64,000 bases of DNA. It comes from Ignavibacteria bacterium. Lineage in GTDB: Bacteria; Bacteroidota; Ignavibacteria; UBA10030; SZUA-254. The stretch is from assembly GCA_016178625.1 (NCBI GenBank), contig JACOSX010000135.1, positions 7,130 to 71,129 of the forward strand. Reading direction: 5' to 3'. This document shows positions 1-8,122 of this stretch, piece after piece. The position numbers and the translations under genes were made by a program. Under the pieces are notes generated by a model that saw nothing but the letters and a program-made list of their open reading frames with translations, was not told the origin of the DNA and ran no database searches. Within the stretch, counting starts at the first letter, position 1, and each line of letters begins with the position of its first letter.

Positions 1-2
1 TA

Positions 3-359
3 AAGAAAGCGTACAAAGTCGGACTTGATAAGCCTCTTACCTCCTCACATGCCGAGCAGTTAGCGAATGGGATTCGACTTTCGGATGGGAAGACTGAGCC
101 TGCCGAAGTCTATTCGATTCCTGGAGGGAAGAATAAGCTGATCGGCATTGTTATCCATGAGGGGAAAAATCGTCAGGTACACCGGATGTTCGAAGCACTT
201 GGATATCAAGTGGAGAAACTTGACCGTGTCGCATACGCTGACATTACCTATGAAGGATTGAAGCGAGGGGGGTGGAGGTACTTGACGAAAGGGGAGGTGA
301 GGAGGTTGAAGGAAGTGGTTGAGGAGGAAGACAATGGAAAAGTAAAAATGCAAAATTAA
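3..359 (+). CDS. Pseudouridine synthase, RsuA/RluB family, C-terminal part (5' end outside window)
   Basis: Frame 3 reads ...IVIHEGKNRQVHRMFEALGYQVEKLDRVAYADITYEGLKRGGWRYLTKGEVRRLKEVV..., ending at TAA 357-359. GKNRQV(R/H)RMF and G.WR.L are the conserved C-terminal blocks of this family. It is absent from the ORF track because it has no start in the window. Confidence 0.8.
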   Translation, partial: KKAYKVGLDKPLTSSHAEQLANGIRLSDGKTEPAEVYSIPGGKNKLIGIVIHEGKNRQVHRMFEALGYQVEKLDRVAYADITYEGLKRGGWRYLTKGEVRRLKEVVEEEDNGKVKMQN

Positions 360-459
360 AAAGGTGGTAGATCTATTGCACGGAGAACTGCTCGGGGCTT
401 GATTGATAAGTAATATTTCAGTATTTTGGCCTGCCGAGAAATGAGATCGAGTTTCATCC

Positions 460-696
460 ATGGCAAAGGGAGATCCAGCAATGAAATTGACAGCCTTTAT
501 TCGTCCCGATGAGGACGAATACACCGCGATATGCCTAGAGACTGACATCGTGAGCCAGGGGAAAACAGTCCAAGAAGCATTGGACAACTTGGCTGAAGCC
601 GTGGCATTGTACTTATCGGTCATGCCAGAACAACCTATAAGAGATGCACACGTGTTGAATTTCGAAATCTTTAGTAAGAGCGATGAGGATAGATAG
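460..696 (+). CDS. hicB: HicB-family (UPF0150-like) antitoxin, short form
   Basis: 78 aa. YTAICLETDIVSQGKTVQEALDNLAEAVALYL fits the HicB N-terminal fold signature. It overlaps the next ORF by 14 nt. An alternative start is ATG 481. No C-terminal HTH/RHH DNA-binding extension is visible. Confidence 0.7.
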   Translation: MAKGDPAMKLTAFIRPDEDEYTAICLETDIVSQGKTVQEALDNLAEAVALYLSVMPEQPIRDAHVLNFEIFSKSDEDR

Positions 697-895
697 CATC
701 CCCAAGATGTCCGGCGAGCAGTTCATCGAATTGCTCCGGCTTTTGAAATTCGAGGAAGTCACTCGGCAAGGAATCCACGTTGTTATGGCGAGGCAATCCA
801 GCGAACGGCTCTCTAGATGCGTTGTCCCATTGCTTTCTGAATTGAAATACGAAACGATGCTTGGTATACTAGAAAAAGTTAGACCGAAGAAATAA
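683..895 (+). CDS. hicA: HicA-family mRNA interferase toxin
   Basis: 70 aa and basic. FIELLRLLKFEEVTRQGIHVVMAR fits the HicA/YcfA pattern (L..GF...R..GSH) with the His retained. An alternative start is ATG 707. The stop lies 1 nt before the methyltransferase ATG. Confidence 0.6.
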   Translation: MRIDSIPKMSGEQFIELLRLLKFEEVTRQGIHVVMARQSSERLSRCVVPLLSELKYETMLGILEKVRPKK

Positions 896-896
896 A

Positions 897-1838
897 ATGA
901 ATGTAAGGAAAAAGAATAAGCCTTCCCCCCACTTGGGTCGGAAAACTAATCTCGTAAGAGAGCGTGAGATTGAATACACCATCTCGACAAAAGAATACGA
1001 GATTGGCCTTGGCAAAATAATAAAGGGTGATTGCCTTGACGTTCTGAAAACCTTGTCATCGAATGACTTTATCCTCGCTTTTACCTCTCCGCCATATTTA
1101 AATGCAATAAATTATGACGATCATGTAGAAAAAGTCAAGGGTAAAATTCAGCGATGGGAACGAAAAGAAATTTCTTATGATGATTACCGATTATTCTTGG
1201 TTGAACGTTTCAAGGAATTGCTGGCGGTCATTAAGCCGGGCGGCTATAATGTGGTAAATATTTCCCCTGTTGGCTGGAATGGAGAACGTACCGCCTTGCC
1301 GTTCCATTTTGTGTCATGGATGGAAAGTATTGGGTGGAAATTTAAGGAAGATATTATTTGGGAGAAATCAATTGCACGAGATAAACGTTCTGGTGTTTTG
1401 TTACAACATCCATACCCCGGTTATTATTACCCAAGTCTTGTTGCCGAATATGTGCTTGTGTTTCAGAAGCCAGCAGAGGGAAAGAATAAGACCAATATCT
1501 ACTGGAATCGGTCACAAAGAGAGAAGGACGAAAACAAAATCAATCTAAATGATTACCAAGGGGAAAAAAGTAAAAATGTTTGGAAGATTAGACCCGTTGC
1601 ACCGCAAGAAAACGTTCATCCTTGTCCATTTCCGATCGAACTTGCTGAGAGAGTCATACAATTTTACTCCTACAAAGGAGATAAAGTGATAGATATTTTT
1701 GCCGGAAGTGGTCAAACAAATATCGCTGGAGAGCGATTAGAGCGTTACCACGTTGGCATTGAAACCCAGGATGAATATGTCAGATATGCATTGGAGCGGC
1801 TGAAGGCAGTTGCAACACAAGAAAAATTGTTCAAGTAA
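897..1838 (+). CDS. Type II DNA methyltransferase, beta-class amino-MTase (N4-cytosine or N6-adenine)
   Basis: Motif IV FTSPPYLNAINYDD sits near the N-terminus and motif I VIDIFAGSGQT near the C-terminus, which is the beta-class order. SPPY favours m4C, but m6A is not excluded. Confidence 0.85.
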   Translation: MNVRKKNKPSPHLGRKTNLVREREIEYTISTKEYEIGLGKIIKGDCLDVLKTLSSNDFILAFTSPPYLNAINYDDHVEKVKGKIQRWERKEISYDDYRLFLVERFKELLAVIKPGGYNVVNISPVGWNGERTALPFHFVSWMESIGWKFKEDIIWEKSIARDKRSGVLLQHPYPGYYYPSLVAEYVLVFQKPAEGKNKTNIYWNRSQREKDENKINLNDYQGEKSKNVWKIRPVAPQENVHPCPFPIELAERVIQFYSYKGDKVIDIFAGSGQTNIAGERLERYHVGIETQDEYVRYALERLKAVATQEKLFK

Positions 1839-1843
1839 CTCCG

Positions 1844-2977
1844 ATGCACATCCTCGCCTCCCTCGAAAAGGTTATCTATAAGCCTACCCTTTGTGCTCCA
1901 CTTGAAACTTTTACCATAAAAGAATTTCTTTCCGGTGAGGCATTCAGGAGAGCGAGTTTCATTCTGGATTATAGGGGAACGAAAACTGCAATCAGTCTGT
2001 GGCTTTCTCCCAAAAGAACGCGCTCCTACCCATACGCAAGAGTATACGATACAATGGACAAGAGCAAACGCGTAACCATTATTCCATTCATGAAGGACGA
2101 AGGCAAAGATGGCGACAAAGATTTTCTTCAATGGGATTCAGTTTCATTCATGAGCTTACTGGGAGTCTATGTCATCGTCGGTTACTATAAATCTGCAAGA
2201 AAGAATGAGCGAGAACGACAACGAGGGAAGCAAAAAATTACGAAGCAGGAATTTGATTACAAGTTCCTGAAACAAAAGTTAGACGAATTGGATCAATTCA
2301 AGTCGGATGCTTTGCACTGGAATCTCTCGCAACTGGAACAACTGCACGAAGTCGCGGAACGAACCAAGCAATCCTATCTTAGAATTGAAAAGGAGATTGG
2401 AGTCGATTTACACGATCAAAGGGGCATAGAGAAAAGGATTGAAATCCTCAAAGGTGAAGCAGAAGCTTTCAAGAATTTGTCGAGGAAATTGGCTTCAAGC
2501 GCACAGCAACGAGAATTGAAGACGTTACAGCCCAAAGAGCGTCTTGTCGAGGAAAAGGCAACAATCACTATCAAGAATTATTTGGGGGGTGAATATTATT
2601 TGACTGTCGACGAATTGATTATCAGGCAAGATAAAATATTTCTTGTTGAGAAAAAACACAGCGAGAGATCTGCTCTACCGAGCATGAACGACATAAAAGA
2701 TGGCTGCTTGAAGATGATTCTCTTCGCAAATCTCTCCGAAGTTAAAATTGATGGTAAGAAGTTAAAGCATTTTCCAGTTTTGGGATTAACTTCAAATAAA
2801 CACACGGGTTATTGTGATAATTTTTCAGGTGAAGTGAAAGAGGATAAAGTTAAAAAGGTATTTGATGAAGGAAAGCAGAACAAGTTTATCGTCTTCCTGA
2901 TGAACAATTCACAATTTGAACAACAGAAATCCATGATCGACAGATACATCAGTTCCATCAAAGAGCGCAAAGGCTAA
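1844..2977 (+). CDS. Putative cognate restriction endonuclease (family not recognised)
   Basis: 377 aa, starting 5 nt after the MTase stop on the same strand. The C-terminal third contains VD256ELIIRQDKIFLVE269KK271, a candidate PD-(D/E)XK motif. The central region is coiled-coil-like and K/E/Q-rich. The functional call is positional inference. Confidence 0.5.
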   Translation: MHILASLEKVIYKPTLCAPLETFTIKEFLSGEAFRRASFILDYRGTKTAISLWLSPKRTRSYPYARVYDTMDKSKRVTIIPFMKDEGKDGDKDFLQWDSVSFMSLLGVYVIVGYYKSARKNERERQRGKQKITKQEFDYKFLKQKLDELDQFKSDALHWNLSQLEQLHEVAERTKQSYLRIEKEIGVDLHDQRGIEKRIEILKGEAEAFKNLSRKLASSAQQRELKTLQPKERLVEEKATITIKNYLGGEYYLTVDELIIRQDKIFLVEKKHSERSALPSMNDIKDGCLKMILFANLSEVKIDGKKLKHFPVLGLTSNKHTGYCDNFSGEVKEDKVKKVFDEGKQNKFIVFLMNNSQFEQQKSMIDRYISSIKERKG

Positions 2978-3086
2978 TGATTAATCAACAGTATCTCAAG
3001 TTTCTTGAATCAAAATTGGATGATGATCAAAGCTGCGGCGAGTGGGAAAATAAAAAAACCTCAAATCTAAAATCTCCGAGCCTTTC

Positions 3087-4334
3087 TCACCATCTCCTCG
3101 GCACATTCTTCACTGTCCTGACGGTGTCCCGGGCGATCAGAAGTTCTTCGTTGGTGGGAATGACCAAAGCTTTCAACGTTGCGCCTGATGATGATATCTC
3201 TCCTTCTTTGCCATTTATAGTCGCTGAGTTCTTTTTCTTATCCAACCCCAACCTAATGCATTCTAGTCCATCACAAATTCGCTCACGTATGGCGGCGCTG
3301 TTCTCGCCGATGCCACCCGTGAAGACAACGGCATCTGCTCCGCCCATCTCTGCGAGGTATGCACCGATATATTTCTTCACGCGCATGCAGAAGATATCGA
3401 TCGCAAGTCGGGCACGTCGATCTTGCTTCTCGGCTTCCTCGTCGAGAAGCTCGCGCATATCGTTTGTTAAGCCCGACACTCCGAGCAACCCAGACTGTTT
3501 ATTCAGCATCGTATCAATCTCGCGAACGGTCATGCCTTCTTTGTTTCGAATAAACTCGATGAGCGATGGGTCCATATCGCCTCCGCGCGTTCCCATTACC
3601 AATCCTTCCAGAGGTGTGAAGCCCATCGATGTATCCATCGAATTGCCGTTCTTGATCGCGCACGCCGAGCACCCGTTGCCGAGGTGAAGCGTGATGATGT
3701 TCGTCTCTTCGCGCTTCAATCCCATAATCTGTCGGTATCGATAGGCAACATACCGGTGCGAGGTACCGTGAAACCCGTATCGTCGTATGCGATGTCTGCG
3801 GTAGAGCTGATAAGGAATCGCATACAGGTAGGAAGTCTCCGGCATCGTCGAGTGGAACGCCGTGTCGAACACAGCGACTTGCGGAACGCCCGGACCGAGT
3901 AACTCCCGTGCGGCATGAATGCCCTTGAGATTGGCAGGATTGTGCAGCGGTGCAAGCTCGATGCTGTCCTCGATCTGGGAAATCACTGCATCATCGATCA
4001 TCACAGATCGTGTAAATTTCTCACCGCCGTGAACGACACGGTGACCAACTGCATGGATACCAGCTAACGAGTTGATGTTTGAAATCTTTGAGTCCGGAGA
4101 GATCATCCATCGGAGGATGTAATCAATTGCATCACGATGATCGCGAAGTGGCTCTGCTCTCCGGATTTTTGCTTGACCTTCAACTTCCAGAGTGATGAGC
4201 GCCTGTCCGACGACGCGTTCGATCAATCCTCCAGCTAAACGTTTATCGGCATTCTTCTCGATCAGATCGAGATCAGTCTCGATGATCTGAAATTTTACAG
4301 AGGAGGACCCGCAATTCAAAACGAGAATATTCAT
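3087..4334 (-). CDS. ackA: Acetate kinase
   Basis: MNILVLNCGSSSVKFQ... is the canonical N-terminus. HRVVHGG, GFHGTSH and the TNEE..IA C-terminal blocks are present. I start at the internal ATG (4334) rather than the ORF-track start 4400. Confidence 0.95.
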   Translation of the reverse strand: MNILVLNCGSSSVKFQIIETDLDLIEKNADKRLAGGLIERVVGQALITLEVEGQAKIRRAEPLRDHRDAIDYILRWMISPDSKISNINSLAGIHAVGHRVVHGGEKFTRSVMIDDAVISQIEDSIELAPLHNPANLKGIHAARELLGPGVPQVAVFDTAFHSTMPETSYLYAIPYQLYRRHRIRRYGFHGTSHRYVAYRYRQIMGLKREETNIITLHLGNGCSACAIKNGNSMDTSMGFTPLEGLVMGTRGGDMDPSLIEFIRNKEGMTVREIDTMLNKQSGLLGVSGLTNDMRELLDEEAEKQDRRARLAIDIFCMRVKKYIGAYLAEMGGADAVVFTGGIGENSAAIRERICDGLECIRLGLDKKKNSATINGKEGEISSSGATLKALVIPTNEELLIARDTVRTVKNVPRRW

Positions 4335-4446
4335 GGTCAGGCAATGTGTTCTTATAGATGAGTTGTATTGTCCAGTGAAAAGATATGAAATTTTCACCAA
4401 GAATGCGATTTGAATATCTCAGGAATGTTCGTATATTTGGTCGACG

Positions 4447-4680
4447 ATGCAAGGAGCATTCACTATGACACGTCTGTACCGTTCCGAAACAAACAAGAAA
4501 ATCGCCGGGGTGTGTGGCGGTATCGGTGAGGTGATGGATGTTGATCCAACTATCATCCGACTTCTTGCGATTGTTTTTGGATTGGTTACAGGAATTATTC
4601 CCTTCACTATCGGGTATCTGCTCGCATGGTGGATCGTTCCAGTCAATCACCGCGACAGAATTGACACATCGCAACCCTAA
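4447..4680 (+). CDS. PspC domain-containing membrane protein
   Basis: RLYRSETNKKIAGVCGGIGEVMDVDPTIIRLLAIVF is followed by a TM helix, which is the typical PspC domain. An alternative start is ATG 4465. Confidence 0.8.
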   Translation: MQGAFTMTRLYRSETNKKIAGVCGGIGEVMDVDPTIIRLLAIVFGLVTGIIPFTIGYLLAWWIVPVNHRDRIDTSQP

Positions 4681-4687
4681 ATCGTTT

Positions 4688-4828
4688 ATGCTTACGTTAC
4701 TCAAAATTCTTACGTTTCCGATCTGGTTTCCGTTCAAGGTTCTGTGGGTTGTCTCGAAGCTGATTGCCTTTGTGTTCCTGATACTCATCGCCTCAGTTCT
4801 GATCTATATCGCCATACATATTCTCTGA
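4688..4828 (+). CDS. Possible small (46 aa) two-TM membrane protein
   Basis: ATG 4688 gives MLTLLKILTFPIWFPFKVLWVVSKLIAFVFLILIASVLIYIAIHIL. It is strongly hydrophobic and lies directly behind the PspC gene. No homology was recognised. Confidence 0.3.
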   Translation: MLTLLKILTFPIWFPFKVLWVVSKLIAFVFLILIASVLIYIAIHIL

Positions 4829-4877
4829 CCATTTGTAATTAATTTGATCCGATAGCCAACCTGCACTGGAGTATTGC

Positions 4878-6314
4878 ATGAAGATACCAATAAGAGCACT
4901 TGTCTTAATTTGTTCTCTGTGGTTCATCGCAACCCCCGCTCTCCTCGCCCGTTCCTCGGCATTTGATCAGTTCTTCATCGACAAGACACTTCGGGTGGAT
5001 ATATTTCACACTGGAACGAAAGGAACGGAGACGTTCAGTCTCGATCATGCGTATGAGGAAGGTGCCTGGCCCGGAAGCGCCGTCAATCTTCTCGATACAT
5101 TGGACCTTGGTGAATATCAAATTCGAGTCTATGATCGTTTGTCTGCAGCGTTGATCTTTTCGCGAGGATATTCCACGATGTTCAATGAGTGGCAGACAAC
5201 CGATGAGGCGAGCGCAATGATCTATCGTACCTTTCACGAAACGGTGCGTCTTCCTTATCCCAAGGGCAAGATTCAACTGACGATCAGCCGCCGCGACAAG
5301 ACGATGGATTTCCATGAAGTATTCTCGACCGTCATCGATCCAAATTCTTCCACAGAAGTGAACCATGAGAAGCGCATCCCTGCGTTAAAGATTTTCTCAC
5401 TGATGGATAATGGCTCCTTGCATGACCACGTTGATCTCCTTATTCTCGGTGATGGTTACAGGAAAGGAGATGTGGAGAAATTTCGGAAGGATGCGAAGCA
5501 CTTCAACGACGTCATGTTTTCAACCGAGCCGTTCAAATCGCGCAAGAGCTCATTCAACGTGAGAGCGATAGAGATCGCCTCGCAGGATTCCGGCATCGAC
5601 AAACCTGACAAGAATATCTGGAAGCATTCCGCGCTGGGAACGCAGTACAATACGTTCGGAGCTGCGCGATACATTTTGACCGAGGAAGATCGAACACTCC
5701 ACGATATCGCTGCAGCCGCGCCATACGATTTCCTTCTCATCCTTGTAAACGATAATCGATACGGTGGTGGTGGAATCTATAATCTGTACACGACCTGTTA
5801 TACAATCAGTGACGCGCCCGGTCAAGAATGGCAGACGGATTACGTGTACGTGCATGAGTTCGGCCATTCATTCGGCGGTCTGGGAGATGAATACTATAGC
5901 TCGGGTATTTCCGATAATTTTTATCAGAAAGGTGTAGAGCCCTGGGAGCCGAACCTCACTACATTGTCTAAGAAGGATGATCTGAAATGGAAACATTTTG
6001 TCGCGCCTGGAATCCTTATACCGACTCCATGGGAGAAGGTGACATATGATAGCCTCCAACGTGAGCGCTCGAAACTTGATCGCCTCGCAGCGGACTATTA
6101 CAAGAAACGCGCGCCAATCTATGAAGCTCAGGAGCAACTGCTGAAGACGACGAAATATGCCGGGACGGTGGGCGCGTTTGAAGGCGCCGGCTACGTTGCC
6201 GAGGGGTTGTATCGCCCTGCCGTTGATTGCCGAATGTTCTCACTCAGTCTTGTTGATTTTGATCCGGTATGCGCAGCAGCAATTAACCGGGTGATCGATT
6301 TTTATTCCAAATAA
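4878..6314 (+). CDS. M64-family (IgA-peptidase-like) zinc metallopeptidase, secreted
   Basis: Signal peptide, then DLLILGDGY, NDNRYGGGGIYNLY and VHEFGHSFGGLGDEY (HExxH). These are characteristic M64 blocks. Confidence 0.85.
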   Translation: MKIPIRALVLICSLWFIATPALLARSSAFDQFFIDKTLRVDIFHTGTKGTETFSLDHAYEEGAWPGSAVNLLDTLDLGEYQIRVYDRLSAALIFSRGYSTMFNEWQTTDEASAMIYRTFHETVRLPYPKGKIQLTISRRDKTMDFHEVFSTVIDPNSSTEVNHEKRIPALKIFSLMDNGSLHDHVDLLILGDGYRKGDVEKFRKDAKHFNDVMFSTEPFKSRKSSFNVRAIEIASQDSGIDKPDKNIWKHSALGTQYNTFGAARYILTEEDRTLHDIAAAAPYDFLLILVNDNRYGGGGIYNLYTTCYTISDAPGQEWQTDYVYVHEFGHSFGGLGDEYYSSGISDNFYQKGVEPWEPNLTTLSKKDDLKWKHFVAPGILIPTPWEKVTYDSLQRERSKLDRLAADYYKKRAPIYEAQEQLLKTTKYAGTVGAFEGAGYVAEGLYRPAVDCRMFSLSLVDFDPVCAAAINRVIDFYSK

Positions 6315-6342
6315 TTTCATTCATATTGCGCGCTGGAGGTTT

Positions 6343-8121
6343 ATGACGAGGCGTATCTTCTTCCTTCTCATCACGCTTTCTACGACGGTTTGCGTGTCTC
6401 AAACAATTCCGGAGAAATGGTTAACATATTACGAACAGAGTGGTTTCAAGAAAACTCCACGGTATGCAGAGACCATTGAGTTCTGCAAGAGGTTAGAGAA
6501 AGCGTCGCCGTGGATCAAAGTGATGAGTTTCGGAAAAAGCCCGGAGGGGAGGGACCTTTCCTTAGTGATTGCATCGAAGGAGAGAGCGTTCGATCCGGTG
6601 AAAGCATCGAAATCGAACAAAGCAATCCTTCTCATCCAAAACGGAATCCACGCCGGTGAGATCGATGGGAAAGACGCGTGCTTGATGCTTCTCCGCGATA
6701 TCGCGATCACGAAAACAAAATCTTCCCTGCTCGATCATGTGATTCTTCTCGTCATCCCAGTCTATAATGTCGATGGGCACGAGCGATTCGGACCGTACAA
6801 CCGGATCAATCAACAAGGTCCCGAGGAAATGGGGTGGCGTGTCACCGGTCAAAATCTCAACCTCAATCGTGATTATTTGAAAGCGGATGCGCCCGAAACG
6901 CAAGCCTGGTTAAAGCTCTTTACTTCATGGCTGCCTGATTTCTTCATCGACTGTCATGTAACTGACGGCGCTAATTTCCAACACGCGATCACCTATGGCA
7001 TCGAGTACCACGAAAACGTTGCGTCCACGGTGCGGACGTGGATCCTGGACAAATATTTACCGGCTCTCTCGCATCTCGAAACGGGAGGGGCACCGGTCGC
7101 ACCATACATTTTTCTTCGCGACGACAAAGATCCCACGAAGGGTCTGCAGGGAGGAACTGCACCACCCCGCTTTTCTACAATTTATGTGACACTCCAGAAT
7201 CGCCCTGGACTGCTGATCGAAACACACATGTTGAAAGATTATAAGACGCGCGTGAGTGGAACCTACCGAATGATCGAAGTGACCCTTGAGCGCATGAATC
7301 AAGAGTATACATCTCTTCGCTCTGCGGTTCGGAGTGCCGATGCTCAGACAAGTAAAGGAGTTGAGCGACCCTTTCCGTTACAGTTCGAGTCGGTTGATGT
7401 GCCCAATCAGGTTTTTCATTACATGGGGTTGCAGCAGAAAAATGAACCGAGCGAGATCTCCGGCGGAACGCGCACTATTTACACGCAAGATCCATTCGAA
7501 GTGAATGTTCCGCGATATGATAGTATCAAAGTTACGAAGTTCGTCGATCCGCCAACTGCTTACCTGATCCCTCAGCAGTGGAAGGAAGTGATCGAAAGAC
7601 TGAGAATGCACGGCGTAAAAATCGAACGTCTCAAGGTTGAAACTGAGCTGGACGTCGAGTTGTATCGATTCTCGAATGCCAAGTGGCAGCAAACTCCCTT
7701 TGAAGGTCGGCATGGGGCGACGTATTCAGTTGAAACGATGAATGGGAAACGAACTTTTCCCGCAGGCACGGCAGTTGTACGGCTGAACCAGCGGGCGGGC
7801 CGGGTGGTCCTTCATGCTCTCGAGCCTGAAGCCCCCGATGCGTTCGCGGCATGGGGGTTCTTCGACGCGGTGTTCGAACAGAAAGAATATGCGGAAGATT
7901 ATGTCATGGAATCGATGGCGAGAGAGATGCTTGCCAAGGATCCAGCGTTGAAAAAAGAATTTGACTCCAAGCTTCAGTCGGACACAGCGTTTGCAAAAAG
8001 CCCTGGATCGAGGCTGAACTTTTTTTATCAACATTCTCCATACTGGGATAATCAGGTGAACCTTTACCCTGTTGCGCGGCTGATGAAGGACGTTCCTTTG
8101 CAAACAGACCCATGGCGATAA
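6343..8121 (+). CDS. M14-family zinc carboxypeptidase, secreted
   Basis: Signal peptide. LLIQNGIHAGEIDGKDA is the HxxE zinc site, and VYNVDGHERF and NLNRDY blocks are present. Confidence 0.85.
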   Translation: MTRRIFFLLITLSTTVCVSQTIPEKWLTYYEQSGFKKTPRYAETIEFCKRLEKASPWIKVMSFGKSPEGRDLSLVIASKERAFDPVKASKSNKAILLIQNGIHAGEIDGKDACLMLLRDIAITKTKSSLLDHVILLVIPVYNVDGHERFGPYNRINQQGPEEMGWRVTGQNLNLNRDYLKADAPETQAWLKLFTSWLPDFFIDCHVTDGANFQHAITYGIEYHENVASTVRTWILDKYLPALSHLETGGAPVAPYIFLRDDKDPTKGLQGGTAPPRFSTIYVTLQNRPGLLIETHMLKDYKTRVSGTYRMIEVTLERMNQEYTSLRSAVRSADAQTSKGVERPFPLQFESVDVPNQVFHYMGLQQKNEPSEISGGTRTIYTQDPFEVNVPRYDSIKVTKFVDPPTAYLIPQQWKEVIERLRMHGVKIERLKVETELDVELYRFSNAKWQQTPFEGRHGATYSVETMNGKRTFPAGTAVVRLNQRAGRVVLHALEPEAPDAFAAWGFFDAVFEQKEYAEDYVMESMAREMLAKDPALKKEFDSKLQSDTAFAKSPGSRLNFFYQHSPYWDNQVNLYPVARLMKDVPLQTDPWR

Positions 8122-8122
8122 C

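Noticed and set aside
400-3000. Possible att-like direct repeat flanking the TA/R-M islet: TGATTGATAAGTAATATTTCAG (400-421) versus TGATTAATCAACAGTATCTCAAG (2978-3000).
   Set aside because: Only about 15 of 22 positions are identical, and the sequence is AT-rich. I cannot distinguish this from chance without a statistical test or an empty-site comparison.
2977-3687. 236-aa plus-strand ORF, plus other long antisense ORFs: 60..623(-), 14897..15514(-), 21050..21970(-), 34211..34720(-), 35096..35767(-), 36914..37594(-), 40308..40808(-), 41005..41523(-).
   Set aside because: Each lies entirely antisense to, or out of frame within, a gene with strong motif support (ackA, RluB/HicB, TonB receptor, gamma-CA/DUF3108, metG, protease, OMP). 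Each also has low-complexity, Ser/Arg-rich composition typical of shadow ORFs.
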